A stretch of 64,000 bases of DNA from an uncultured Chloroflexia bacterium. Lineage in GTDB: Bacteria > Chloroflexota > Limnocylindria > Limnocylindrales > CSP1-4. A model generated the notes under the pieces. That model did no database searches and was not told the origin of the DNA. It saw nothing but the letters and a program-made list of their open reading frames with translations. Positions 31,259 to 40,871 of this stretch are shown here, piece after piece; position 1 is the stretch's first letter, and each line of letters begins with the position of its first letter. Both the position numbers and the translations under genes were made by a program. The DNA lies in the NCBI GenBank assembly GCA_963734535.1, contig CAVTHS010000014.1, positions 256,001 through 320,000 of the forward strand, given 5' to 3'.

Positions 31259-32542
31259 CTAGAACCCGACGAACCCGTTCCGAATGGCCACGATGCCGTA
31301 GAGGTTGACGAGGACCGCGGCGGTGCCCGCCACGATCGGTCGCCAGCTGCGCCGCGCCCGCCCCGTGAAGGCGAGCGCGAGGACCGCGAACAGGGGAACC
31401 TGGACGTCGAGGCTGAACCGGTAGCCCCACTGGGTGGTCCCGACGTTGCCGTGCGTCACGATCGGGATCAGCGCCAGGCCGATCCCGACGCACGCCCATC
31501 GCACGCGCGGGTCGCGCCACGGAGCGTGCGCAAGCCACAGGTAGAGCGGCGTGGTGAGGAAGAGGGAGAGCCCCCACCAGGACGGTCGAAGCCACGGGAA
31601 CTCCTCCTGGAAGTCGAAGCTCCGCAGGAAGATCGCGTAGAGATGCCGGGGCACGTAGAAGATCGACAGGATCCCGTGGTCCCGGTAGATCGGGTCGTCG
31701 AGGACGCCCGGGATCAGCACGTAGCCCATGTCGATCGGCGTTCCCCAGCGCGCCAGGTTGTACAGCGCGTAGAGCCCGACCGGGAAAGCCAGGCCCACCG
31801 CAAACGCCATCGCGGGGCGGAGAACGCGGCGCACGTCCCCCCTGGTGAACGGCAACGGGAGGCCGACCACCAGGGCCAGGAAGAACGGCGCGGTCAGCCC
31901 GACCGGAAGCCGTGAGATCGTCGCGCAGCCCAGGAGGAGGCCGACGAGGATCGGGGCGCGCCGGTGGGTCGCAACGAGCAGGGCGGCCGCGCTGAAGAGG
32001 ACGGCGATCGCCTGCGCGAAGAGCCAGGCGCTCCCCTCGGACGCGCCCCACCAGAGGACCGTGCCGAACGCGAAGACGGCGATCAACCCGAGGCGGGTCC
32101 GGCCATGGACGCCGAGGCGGCCGATCGCGAGGAACAGCAGGCCGGCGGAGGCGGCGCCCGCCAGCGAGCTGATCACCTGCTGGGGGAGCTCTGGGCCGAA
32201 CAGCGCGACGAACGGGAGGAGGACGACGGCCGGCATCGGCGGATATGGGACGTACCAGCCCACGGCCGCCGGCACGAGCTCGCTGAGCCAGGATGGCGCC
32301 TCCGTCACGTAGAGCCGGCCGTGCAGGAACGCGTCCGCCAGTGGCACGAAGTAGGCCAGGGGTTGGGCCGGCGGCGCCGACAGAAGGTAGACGACCGCGG
32401 TCACAAGGGTGACCGCGAGCGCGAGCGTCAGCTCTCCGGGCAGGCGCGAACCCGGGACCACGTCCACGATCGACGCGCCCGGGAGTGACCGCGCGTCGGC
32501 GTCATCCGTGGGGGGCAGCGACGTCCCGGTGCGGACGGCCAT
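31259..32542 (-). CDS. Multi-pass membrane protein, probable GT-C glycosyltransferase
   Basis: LADAFLHGRL, YVPYPPMPA, YNLARWG and GYRFSLD; many TM segments. Confidence 0.6.
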   Translation of the reverse strand: MAVRTGTSLPPTDDADARSLPGASIVDVVPGSRLPGELTLALAVTLVTAVVYLLSAPPAQPLAYFVPLADAFLHGRLYVTEAPSWLSELVPAAVGWYVPYPPMPAVVLLPFVALFGPELPQQVISSLAGAASAGLLFLAIGRLGVHGRTRLGLIAVFAFGTVLWWGASEGSAWLFAQAIAVLFSAAALLVATHRRAPILVGLLLGCATISRLPVGLTAPFFLALVVGLPLPFTRGDVRRVLRPAMAFAVGLAFPVGLYALYNLARWGTPIDMGYVLIPGVLDDPIYRDHGILSIFYVPRHLYAIFLRSFDFQEEFPWLRPSWWGLSLFLTTPLYLWLAHAPWRDPRVRWACVGIGLALIPIVTHGNVGTTQWGYRFSLDVQVPLFAVLALAFTGRARRSWRPIVAGTAAVLVNLYGIVAIRNGFVGF

Positions 32543-32556
32543 TCGCGGATCTGCCC

Positions 32557-34521
32557 TCAGCCGCCCGTGCGCAGCGATCGGACGTCGTACACGCGGTAGT
32601 TCTCGGTCCGGGCGGCGACGGGGAATCGATCCGCGTAGGCGGCCTCGTTCGCGTTGAGGGTCGAGCGCTCGTCAGGCCCGATCACCACGTAGTCGACCTT
32701 GTACGTGCGCAGGAGGTCCACCGCGCCCGGGCCCATCGCGTAGATCGTGCCGACGTCTGCCTGGCGCTGCTGGTAGGCGATGCCGCTCACCCAGAGCTGG
32801 CCCCAGTAGCCCATCAGGAGGCGCCGGCCCGTCAGCTCCATGAGCGGGTCCTGGGGTTGCATGCCGCCCACCAGGAGGGCCTTCGGATCGGTCACGTCGC
32901 GGATCTCGGCCGCGAGCTGGAGCTGCTCGGTGGTGAGCATCCGGTACTGGCCGTGCCCCTCGAGCTGGTCGAGGTTCTCCAGCGCCGGCCCGAGCGTCAT
33001 CGTGACCACGACACCGACCAGGAGGAGTCGAACGGCGGCGGACCGGCTCGACCTCCAGGCGCGCACGAGCAGGGCCGCCACGAGGATCGTCACGGCCAGG
33101 AACCAGTAGATCAGGATCTTGTGGTTGTCCCAGTCCCACGGCTGGAAGGCGAACAGGTTCGCCACGACGAAGATCGGCATGAAGGCCAGCAGGGTTCGGT
33201 GGGCGCGAGGCGGCATGATCCGGCGAGCGCCGAGGGCCAGCAGCCCGAGCGGGATGAAGAGCCCGAGGTTCTTGAGCCAGAACCACCACCAGGGGTCGGG
33301 ATCCGCCACCCAGCCAAGGTCGAGGCGGAACGCCGCCAGCGCCCCTGCGCCGCCGCCGAGCTGCATGAGCAGCTGTGGGACGGCGACCGCCACCCAGACC
33401 ACGTGGAAGACGATCCACCCGCGCCACGGGATGGCCCGGATGTGCCACGGTCGCGGGGCGAGCAGGAATGCGAGGAACGGGGTGACCATCGCGAGCGCGA
33501 GGAGCGTTGGCAGGTGCGCGAGCGGGAGGAGGCCAGCCACGACCCCGGCCAGCGTGAACGTGCGCACGGACCGCCGGCGAGCCGCCCGAACCAGGAGCGT
33601 GACGGCAAGCGTCGCGATCGGCAGGCCGTACAGGTAGGCGCGCTGCGACATCAGGAACGCGAAGTACGGGTTGAAGAAGCGGATGTGCAGGTTGGTCTGG
33701 CCCGTGGCATCCCACGGCGCGTTCGCGAGCGTGCCGAAGAGGTCGTGGCTCGCATCGATCCGGGCGACCGTCGCGATCCAGCCCAGGCCGGCCCCGAAGA
33801 CGAAGAGGATGACGGCGAGCGTGGCAATCGATCGGACGCCGCCCAGCCGGCGCGCAAAGGCGTAGATCCCCAGGACCGCGAGGATCGAGAGCAGGAAGCT
33901 GTGGAGCGGCAGGACCGCGAGCGGGTCCATGCCCAGGACGACGAAGGCCGCCGGCGTCAGGTCGCTCAGGTAGTGGTAGCTCAGCGGAAGCCCGGCGAAC
34001 AGCGGGTGCTCGGGCGGGAAGTTGCCGCCGAACGCGAAGTGCGTGACGATCCCGAGATGGGTGGGCCAGTCGCTCCAGATGTACTCGTGGCCCGCCCACA
34101 GCCCATCGGGGCGGACCGTGAGCGCGCTCGACCACAGGAGCGCCCAGCGCACCACGAGCAGCGCGACGAGCGCCGTGGCCCAGGGATCGAGCCGCCCGAC
34201 GAGGTCGCGGAGCTGGTCGCTCAGCCCGGCTCGCGCCGCTCCGGGGCGGCGACGGCCACCCGGCGCGACGACCAGGATGGCCGAGACGACGACGCTCCCA
34301 ACTCCGGTCCCGAGGACGACCGGCGGGTTGAATCCGAACAGCGTCGCGACCGGAACCAGCGCAAGCGTCCCGGCCACGATGCCGAGCACGGCGCCGTACG
34401 CGAAGCGCTCGAGCGGCGTCAGCCACCGTGCGAACCGGTCGATCGCGGCGACCCCGGTCGACGCGATCGCACCGAGAAAGAGCAGCGAGAGGAGCATCGG
34501 GAGGACGGCCACGAGCGGCAT
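32557..34521 (-). CDS. Large multi-pass membrane protein, probable GT-C glycosyltransferase
   Basis: WSDWPTHL, FPPEHPLFAG.PLSYHYLSD, WDWDNHK and a C-terminal soluble domain with YVVIGPDER. True start about 34521; the longer ORF call is an antisense shadow of dinB. Confidence 0.65.
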   Translation of the reverse strand: MPLVAVLPMLLSLLFLGAIASTGVAAIDRFARWLTPLERFAYGAVLGIVAGTLALVPVATLFGFNPPVVLGTGVGSVVVSAILVVAPGGRRRPGAARAGLSDQLRDLVGRLDPWATALVALLVVRWALLWSSALTVRPDGLWAGHEYIWSDWPTHLGIVTHFAFGGNFPPEHPLFAGLPLSYHYLSDLTPAAFVVLGMDPLAVLPLHSFLLSILAVLGIYAFARRLGGVRSIATLAVILFVFGAGLGWIATVARIDASHDLFGTLANAPWDATGQTNLHIRFFNPYFAFLMSQRAYLYGLPIATLAVTLLVRAARRRSVRTFTLAGVVAGLLPLAHLPTLLALAMVTPFLAFLLAPRPWHIRAIPWRGWIVFHVVWVAVAVPQLLMQLGGGAGALAAFRLDLGWVADPDPWWWFWLKNLGLFIPLGLLALGARRIMPPRAHRTLLAFMPIFVVANLFAFQPWDWDNHKILIYWFLAVTILVAALLVRAWRSSRSAAVRLLLVGVVVTMTLGPALENLDQLEGHGQYRMLTTEQLQLAAEIRDVTDPKALLVGGMQPQDPLMELTGRRLLMGYWGQLWVSGIAYQQRQADVGTIYAMGPGAVDLLRTYKVDYVVIGPDERSTLNANEAAYADRFPVAARTENYRVYDVRSLRTGG

Positions 34522-34530
34522 GATAGGGGC

Positions 34531-35817
34531 GTGACCGCCGCGACGATCCTCCACGTGGACCTCGATGCGTTCTTCGCGGCCGTGGAGCAGCGCGATCGCC
34601 CGGAGCTCCGGGGAAAGCCGGTGATCGTGGGTGGCGACCCCGGCGCGCGTGGCGTCGTGAGCGCGGCGAGCTACGAGGCGCGACGCTTCGGCGTCCACTC
34701 GGCGATGCCGTTGCGAACCGCCGCCGCCTTGTGTCCCGGGGGTGTCTTCCTGCCGGTGAACGGGGCGAAGTACCGAACGGCCAGCCGGGCGGTGATGGAG
34801 ATCCTGGGCCGATACACGCCCCGGGTGGAGCAGGTGTCGATCGACGAGGCGTTCCTCGACGTCGCCGGGTCGGAGGCGCTCTTCGGCCCGCCGCCCGCGA
34901 TCGCGGCCGCCATCAGGGCCGCCATCCGGGCCGAAGTGGGGCTGACCGCGTCGGTCGGCGTGGCCAGCACGAAGCTGGTCGCGAAGATCGCGTCGGACCT
35001 GCGCAAGCCCGACGCCCTGGTGGTCGTGGCGCCGGGCGACGAAGCCGCGTTCCTTGCCCCGCTGCCGATCGCGCGGCTGTGGGGGGTCGGCGCGCAGACT
35101 CGTGCGGCCCTCGCGGAGTACGGGGTGCGGACGATCGGCGATCTCGCCGCGGTCGATCCCCAGCTCCTGGTGCGGCGGCTCGGGAAGCACGGCGCGACGC
35201 TGGTCGAGCGCGCGCGGGGCATCGACCCGTCGCCCGTCACCGGCGACGTCGAGGCCAAGTCGGTCAGCCACGAGCACACGTTCGACATCGACACGAGCGA
35301 CGTGGACCAGATCGAGCGGACGCTCCTCGCACTCGCCGAGGGCGTCGCGGCGCGACTTCGCGCCGGCGGCGTGCGGGCGGCCACCGTGCAGGTGAAGGTT
35401 CGCGACAGCGCGTTTCGCACCGTGACCCGCCAGCGGACGCTCGCCGAACCGACCGACCTTGCCGAGCCGATCTGGCACGCGGCGCTGGAGCTGGCGCGGC
35501 CGGAGATACGCGGCCACCGGATTCGCCTGGTGGGTGTCGGTGCGCACGGCCTGGGAGAGCCCGCGCAGCTGGGGCTCTTCGCGCCGGACGACGACCGTCG
35601 ACGCCGGGTGGTCGAGGCTACCGACGCGGTCCGGCGTCGCTTCGGGGAGCGGGCGATGACCCGCGCGCGCCTTCTCGGGAGTGGGTTCTCGGCCGGCGGC
35701 CGCGACCCGATGCAGCCGCTGGACCCGCGGCGCGTCGGGCGCAGGCCGGCCCCGGACCCCGCGGCGCCGCCGCAAGGCGATGCCCCGGCCCTGGACGAGG
35801 ACCCGCCGGCCTCGTGA
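34531..35817 (+). CDS. dinB: DNA polymerase IV
   Basis: ILHVDLDAFFAAVEQ, SAASYEARRFGVHSAM, SIDEAFLD, AKIASDLRKPD and LWGVG. Confidence 0.96.
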   Translation: MTAATILHVDLDAFFAAVEQRDRPELRGKPVIVGGDPGARGVVSAASYEARRFGVHSAMPLRTAAALCPGGVFLPVNGAKYRTASRAVMEILGRYTPRVEQVSIDEAFLDVAGSEALFGPPPAIAAAIRAAIRAEVGLTASVGVASTKLVAKIASDLRKPDALVVVAPGDEAAFLAPLPIARLWGVGAQTRAALAEYGVRTIGDLAAVDPQLLVRRLGKHGATLVERARGIDPSPVTGDVEAKSVSHEHTFDIDTSDVDQIERTLLALAEGVAARLRAGGVRAATVQVKVRDSAFRTVTRQRTLAEPTDLAEPIWHAALELARPEIRGHRIRLVGVGAHGLGEPAQLGLFAPDDDRRRRVVEATDAVRRRFGERAMTRARLLGSGFSAGGRDPMQPLDPRRVGRRPAPDPAAPPQGDAPALDEDPPAS

Positions 35818-35869
35818 CAGACAAGGTGGCACGCGGGTCCGCGACAGTCCGGCCATCGCATGTTCGGGC

Positions 35870-35923
35870 TTGACATCGAACAGGCGTTCGGTCTAGAGTT
35901 GCAGGTATTCGAACACCCGTTCT
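35870..35923 (+). promoter_or_regulatory. Sigma70 promoter with two SOS boxes
   Basis: TTGACA(35870)-N18-TAGAGT(35894); CGAAC-AGGC-GTTCG at 35877-35890 and CGAAC-ACCC-GTTCT at 35910-35923. Confidence 0.85.
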
Positions 35924-35975
35924 GTCCCCCCGGTGCCCCGGGAGACGACGACCCCGCCGCAAAGGAGCCGTCGAG

Positions 35976-36248
35976 ATGGCGATCACCCGCGTAGAACCCG
36001 TTCGCGTCCAGGTCCGCACGGATTGGCTGACCGGCCGCCCCCGCGAGATCCGGTGGGGCGAGCACGTCTTCTCGGTCACGAATGTCGCGGCGGTCCGCCG
36101 CGAGACCGCCGCATATCCGGTGGAGGTCGGCCCTTCCACGACATTCGAGGTGGACACGGTCGGCGCGCGTCTCGCGCTCACGTTCCGCCACAGGGGCCGC
36201 CGCTGGACCGTGGATGGCGTCGACGCGACGGAGCGCCGCGCCGCGTAG
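35976..36248 (+). CDS. Small LexA-regulated beta-rich protein (DUF6504-like)
   Basis: 90 aa, AAGGAG RBS, pattern GRPREIRWG...V..V...F.V...W.V.GVD. Confidence 0.7.
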   Translation: MAITRVEPVRVQVRTDWLTGRPREIRWGEHVFSVTNVAAVRRETAAYPVEVGPSTTFEVDTVGARLALTFRHRGRRWTVDGVDATERRAA

Positions 36249-36429
36249 CGGTTCACCCGGTTGCCAGCAGGGCGCCGGCTGCCGGGCCCGAGGCTCCCGG
36301 GCTGCGGCACGTGTCGAGACGTCGCACGGGCCGGCGTCCGGCCCACGCTCACTCCGGAAGCCCGCGGCGGGCTGCCAATCCCACGCCCATCTCCGCGCAG
36401 GGCCGTGACAGCCGGCCGGCGCGTCCATC

Positions 36430-36473
36430 GGGCCCGGGGCGGATGTCACCGGTACGACATCCACCCCGGGCCC
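36430..36473. terminator. Long imperfect hairpin (terminator-like or REP-like)
   Basis: GGGCCCGGGGCGGATGTC-N8-GACATCCACCCCGGGCCC. Confidence 0.4.
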
Positions 36474-36600
36474 GGCCACTCGTGACGCTTGTCAGCCGCG
36501 ATGGCGCTGGCGGCCCGCCGCTGCCCGGTCGGCGGTCATTGGGTTCGGCGGTCTCCCGGATGGGGGTCGTCGGGTGGGTTCGGCCGACTACAATCGACCC

Positions 36601-37356
36601 ATGGCGGACACGCAAGCGCCGCGCTTCGGATCTCTGACGCTCGACGGGTTCGTCGAGCAGCTCGCCTCGTCGGCGCCGATCCCCGGTGGCGGGAGCGCGG
36701 CCGCGGTTTCGGCGGCGCTGGCCGCCGGCCTCGTGGCGATGGTCGCCGGACTCTCGGCGGATCGCCCGGCGTACGTGCGGTTCGCGGCCACGCACGTGCG
36801 CGCCGGGGGCGCAGGTCGGGCGCTCGCGGCGCACCTGCTCGATCTCGCGGACGAGGATGCGGCCGCGTACGGCGCGTTTGCCGGGGCGATGAAGCTGCCG
36901 CGCGCCACCGACGAGGAGAAGGCGGCCCGCACGGCTGCGATACGCGCCGCGGCGGTGACCGCGGCCGAGGTGCCGCTCAGGACGTTGGAGGCGTGCCGCG
37001 ACGTGGTCGTGGCGTCGGAGGCGCTCGCCGGCCGGAGCAACCGGAATGCCGCGAGTGATCTCGCGGTGGCGTCGCGGCTCGCGGAGGCCGCCGCGCACGG
37101 GGCCGCGGAGAACGTCATGGTGAACCTGCCGGCGCTCGGGAACGAGGACCGTGCCGACGAGCTCCGCGGCCGCGTCGCCACGCTCCTCGCGGAGGTCGGC
37201 GACCACGCCGAATCGACACGTGCGTTCGTCGAGCTCGGCGAGCTGCGCGACCCGGAGACCGATCCCCAGCCGGACCGGGCCGCGGATCCCCCGGCGGACC
37301 GACCCGCGGATCCCCAGGCGGACTGGCACGCCGATCCCGAGTCCGGGTCGGCATGA
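36601..37356 (+). CDS. Formiminotetrahydrofolate cyclodeaminase / cyclohydrolase family protein
   Basis: LASSAPIPGGGSAAA, DEDAAAY, AAEVPL, NRNAASD and AENVMVNL. Confidence 0.9.
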   Translation: MADTQAPRFGSLTLDGFVEQLASSAPIPGGGSAAAVSAALAAGLVAMVAGLSADRPAYVRFAATHVRAGGAGRALAAHLLDLADEDAAAYGAFAGAMKLPRATDEEKAARTAAIRAAAVTAAEVPLRTLEACRDVVVASEALAGRSNRNAASDLAVASRLAEAAAHGAAENVMVNLPALGNEDRADELRGRVATLLAEVGDHAESTRAFVELGELRDPETDPQPDRAADPPADRPADPQADWHADPESGSA

Positions 37357-38309
37357 CCGCGCCGGACCTGGTCGGCGCGGAGGGCACGGAGCAGCCGTCC
37401 GGGCCGCGTCTCCTGCGGGGTGGCCCCATCGCGACGGAGGTGCGCGCCGCCGTCGCCGCGGATGTGATCGCATTCCGCGAGGAGCACGGATTCGTGCCCG
37501 CGCTCGCCGTCGTGATCGTCGGTCGCGACGCGCCCTCGACCGTCTACCTGCACAAGATCCTCGATGGCTGCCGGACGGTCGGCATCGTCGACCGACTCGT
37601 CGAGCTGTCGGAGGATGCGGGACCCGCGCGCGTCGCTGCCGCGGTTGCAGGTCTCAACGCGGACCCGACCGTGGCGGGGATCATCATCCAGATGCCGCTC
37701 CCGCCGACGATTCCGCTGCGGACGGTGATCGACGTGCTGGACCCGGCCAAGGACATCGACGGGATCCATCCCCTCAATGCGGGCCTGCTCGCGCTCGGCT
37801 ACGAGGGCTTCCTCCCGGCGACGGCGCACGCGGCGGTTGAGATCCTGAAGCGCTCCGGGATCACGATCGAGGGTCGTCGCGCGGTGGTGATCGGCCGCTC
37901 CAACGTCGTGGGCAAGCCGGCCGCCCTGCTGCTCCTGCGCGAGCATGCCACGGTGACGATCTGCCACTCGCGCACGGTCGACCTGGCACGGCACGTCCGG
38001 GAGGCGGAGATCGTGATCGTTGCGGTGGGCCGGCCCGGGCTCATCACGGGCGAGATGCTCCGGCCGGGGGCCGTCGTCGTCGACGTCGGCATCAACGTGC
38101 GCGAGGGCCGGATCGTGGGCGACGTCGACGCGGCGTCGGCCGCGACGGTCGTGTCGGCGATCGCGCCGGTACCCGGCGGCGTCGGGCCGCTCACCAACGC
38201 GATCCTGCTGACCCACCTCATGCGGGCCGCGCGGAACCAGGCGGAGGGCCGGGTCGCCCTCGGCTCCCGGTCGATGACCCCGACCCAGCCCGCGGAGTCC
38301 GCCACATGA
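37353..38309 (+). CDS. folD: Methylene-THF dehydrogenase/cyclohydrolase
   Basis: GIIIQMPLP, KDIDGIHP, GRSNVVGKP, VDVGIN and PVPGGVGPLT. Confidence 0.95.
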   Translation: MTAPDLVGAEGTEQPSGPRLLRGGPIATEVRAAVAADVIAFREEHGFVPALAVVIVGRDAPSTVYLHKILDGCRTVGIVDRLVELSEDAGPARVAAAVAGLNADPTVAGIIIQMPLPPTIPLRTVIDVLDPAKDIDGIHPLNAGLLALGYEGFLPATAHAAVEILKRSGITIEGRRAVVIGRSNVVGKPAALLLLREHATVTICHSRTVDLARHVREAEIVIVAVGRPGLITGEMLRPGAVVVDVGINVREGRIVGDVDAASAATVVSAIAPVPGGVGPLTNAILLTHLMRAARNQAEGRVALGSRSMTPTQPAESAT

Positions 38310-40012
38310 GCTTCCCCTCGGACCTCGACATCGCGCGAGCCGTCACCCCGCGCCCGATCCGCGACGTGGCCGCCGAGATCGGCCTGGCCGACGAGGACCT
38401 GGAGCTGTACGGCCCAACGAAGGCGAAGGTGACGCTCGCTGCGATCGAGCGGCTGGAGGCCGCCAACGCGCGCGGCAAGTACGTGCTGGTGACCGCGATC
38501 ACGCCGACGCCGCTCGGCGAGGGCAAGACGACCACCACGATCGGCCTGACCCAGGGGCTCAACCGGATCGGGGTGCGCGCCGCGGCCGCCATCCGCCAGC
38601 CGTCGCTGGGCCCGGTCTTCGGGATCAAGGGCGGGGCCGCCGGCGGGGGATACAGCCAGGTCATCCCGATGGAGGACTTCAACCTCCACCTGACCGGCGA
38701 CGTGCACGCGATCGGGGCGGCCCACAACCTCGCCGCGGCGTTCCTCGACAACAGCCTCCACCACCGCAACCCGCTCGGGATCGACCCGCTCGCGGTCCTC
38801 TGGCCGCGGGTCGTCGACATCAGCGACCGCGCCCTGCGCAGGACGATCATCGGCCTCGGCGGCCGCGAGGGCGGCGTGCCGCGCGAGACCGAGTGGCAGA
38901 TCACGGTTGCGTCGGAGGTGATGGCGATCCTCGCGCTGGCCGGGAACCTGCGCGACCTCCGCGCCCGCCTGGGCCGGGCGGTGCTCGCGACGACCACGGC
39001 GGGCGCGCCCGTGACCGCGGAGGACCTGCGGGTCGCCGGGGCGATGGCCGTCCTGCTGCGGGATGCGCTCAAGCCGAACCTGCTCCAGACGCTCGAAGGC
39101 GGGGCCGCCTTCGTCCACTGCGGGCCGTTCGCGAACATCGCCCATGGCAACAGCTCGATCCTCGCCGACCGGCTGGCGCTCGCGACCCACGAGATCGTCT
39201 GCACGGAGGCCGGCTTCGGGGCCGACATGGGCGCCGAGAAGTTCTTCGACATCAAGTGCCGCGCATCGGGCCTGAAACCGGATGCGGCCATCGTGGTCGC
39301 GACCGTCCGGGCGCTCAAGATGCACGGCGGCGTCGGGAAGATCGTCGCGGGCAAGCCGCTCGACCCGGCGCTCCTCGAGGACAACCCGGAAGCCGTTCGC
39401 CGGGGGGCGGCGAACCTCGCCGCGCACATCGAGATCGTCAGGACGTACGGGATCCCGGTCGTCGTGGCGATCAACAGCTTCCCGACCGACACGGACGCCG
39501 AGGTCGCCGCGATCCGCGAGGTGGCCCTCGCCGCCGGGGCGCGAGACGCGGTCGTTACGACGCACTTCTCCGACGGCGGGCGCGGGGCCGAGGAGCTGGC
39601 CCGGGCGACGTGGGCGGCGGCCACATCGGGCGAAGCGGACTTCAAGTACCTCTACCCCGACGATCTTCCGCTGCGCGAGAAGATAGAGGCGATCGCGCTT
39701 CGCATCTACGGCGCGAATGGCGTGGACGAGCTGCCCGCCGCGACGAAAGCCCTCACCCTCTACGAAGAGCTCGGGTTCGGGCACCTGCCGATCTGCATGG
39801 CCAAGACGCAGTATTCGCTCAGCCACGACCCGGCGCTCAAGGGGAGGCCGCGCGGCTTCCGGCTCCCGATCCGCGAGGTTCGCCTGGCCGCCGGCGCCGG
39901 GTTCATCACGCCGCTGGCAGGCGAGATGCGGACGATGCCGGGGCTGCCGTCGCGCCCGGGCGGCGAGAACATCGACATCGACGCCGAGGGGAACGTGGTC
40001 GGGCTCTTCTAG
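38306..40012 (+). CDS. fhs: Formate-tetrahydrofolate ligase
   Basis: TPLGEGKTTT, KGGAAGGGYSQV, FANIAHGNSS, TEAGFGAD and MRTMPGLP. Confidence 0.97.
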   Translation: MSFPSDLDIARAVTPRPIRDVAAEIGLADEDLELYGPTKAKVTLAAIERLEAANARGKYVLVTAITPTPLGEGKTTTTIGLTQGLNRIGVRAAAAIRQPSLGPVFGIKGGAAGGGYSQVIPMEDFNLHLTGDVHAIGAAHNLAAAFLDNSLHHRNPLGIDPLAVLWPRVVDISDRALRRTIIGLGGREGGVPRETEWQITVASEVMAILALAGNLRDLRARLGRAVLATTTAGAPVTAEDLRVAGAMAVLLRDALKPNLLQTLEGGAAFVHCGPFANIAHGNSSILADRLALATHEIVCTEAGFGADMGAEKFFDIKCRASGLKPDAAIVVATVRALKMHGGVGKIVAGKPLDPALLEDNPEAVRRGAANLAAHIEIVRTYGIPVVVAINSFPTDTDAEVAAIREVALAAGARDAVVTTHFSDGGRGAEELARATWAAATSGEADFKYLYPDDLPLREKIEAIALRIYGANGVDELPAATKALTLYEELGFGHLPICMAKTQYSLSHDPALKGRPRGFRLPIREVRLAAGAGFITPLAGEMRTMPGLPSRPGGENIDIDAEGNVVGLF

Positions 40013-40548
40013 CCGGGCTGCTCCTCCGCGCCCTCGTCGGCACTCGGGAGTTCCGGGTCGTGCGCGACCTCCAGGTCAGCCACATCGGCGGCGAAGCGGG
40101 AGCCGGGCTCGAACGGGTCGCCCGCCAGGTCGCGCCAGGGTCCCAGCAGCAAGGCGAGCTCCGATTCCCGGAGCTGGTCCGCGAGGACAACGCCGTACGC
40201 TGCGTCGAGGACCACCTGCAGTGCCCCGAGGCGCGGGCCGATCGACGAAGCGAGCTCGCTCGTGCCGGCGACCCCGGCCGGGAACCAGTGCTGTGCGCTC
40301 CCGGCCCAGTGCTCGACCTCCCGGCCGATCGCGCGGATCGCGTCAAGGCGGCCCGCGTGGCGCGCACGCTCTCGGAGCTCCAGGCGGAGCTCCGCGCGGG
40401 CGACGACCTGCGGGTCGAGCGCGTCGGTGCCGACCACGCCCCCGCCTGCTGCCCCGAGCGCGACGATCTCGGGCGTGTCGAGCCGCTCGAGCGCCTCGAG
40501 GAATCGCTCCGCCGCGGGACCCTGCGGGCCGTATTCGCGATGGGTCAT
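40009..40548 (-). CDS. Hypothetical protein
   Basis: 179-aa ORF with typical codon usage; YGPQG..AERFL N-terminus and LLLGPW. Confidence 0.6.
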   Translation of the reverse strand: MTHREYGPQGPAAERFLEALERLDTPEIVALGAAGGGVVGTDALDPQVVARAELRLELRERARHAGRLDAIRAIGREVEHWAGSAQHWFPAGVAGTSELASSIGPRLGALQVVLDAAYGVVLADQLRESELALLLGPWRDLAGDPFEPGSRFAADVADLEVAHDPELPSADEGAEEQPG

Positions 40549-40570
40549 CGGTCAGCGGCCTGAGCCGGGC

Positions 40571-40798
40571 CTAGAGGGCCGTCGAGAGGAACAGGCAGGC
40601 CGCGACGACGAGGCCCGCCATGATCCCGAGGAGCCCGGCGCCCCAGGCGGCCCAGTCGACGGGCCCGAGCGGGGCGCCCTGCGCGTGGTCACCGTGCGCC
40701 GCGTCCCCGTGGAGGTCGTCGCCGTGGGTCTGACCGTGGGAGGTATCGCCCGCGCGGGCGCCGAGGGCATCGTCGGTGGCGTGCGTGGTCTCGTTCAT
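40571..40798 (-). CDS. Small His-rich single-TM membrane protein
   Basis: MNETTH...HGQTHGDDLHGDAAHGDH..LGPVDWAAWGAGLLGIMAGLVVAACLF. Confidence 0.65.
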   Translation of the reverse strand: MNETTHATDDALGARAGDTSHGQTHGDDLHGDAAHGDHAQGAPLGPVDWAAWGAGLLGIMAGLVVAACLFLSTAL

Positions 40799-40871
40799 CC
40801 AGGTCCTCGTGGCCGGCAGCGCGGGCCGATCGGTTCCATTGTCGCACCCGGCGTCGTATCGTTCGGCGACC

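Noticed and set aside
32485-35856. Two overlapping ORFs of about 1100 aa suggesting a DinB fusion
   Set aside because: Each is a real gene extended by the antisense shadow of the other; the real starts are about 34521 and 34531.
36249-36600. ZTP (pfl) or THF riboswitch upstream of the cyclodeaminase-folD-fhs operon
   Set aside because: Consensus elements are not visible, and TACAAT 6 nt before the ATG suggests a leaderless transcript.
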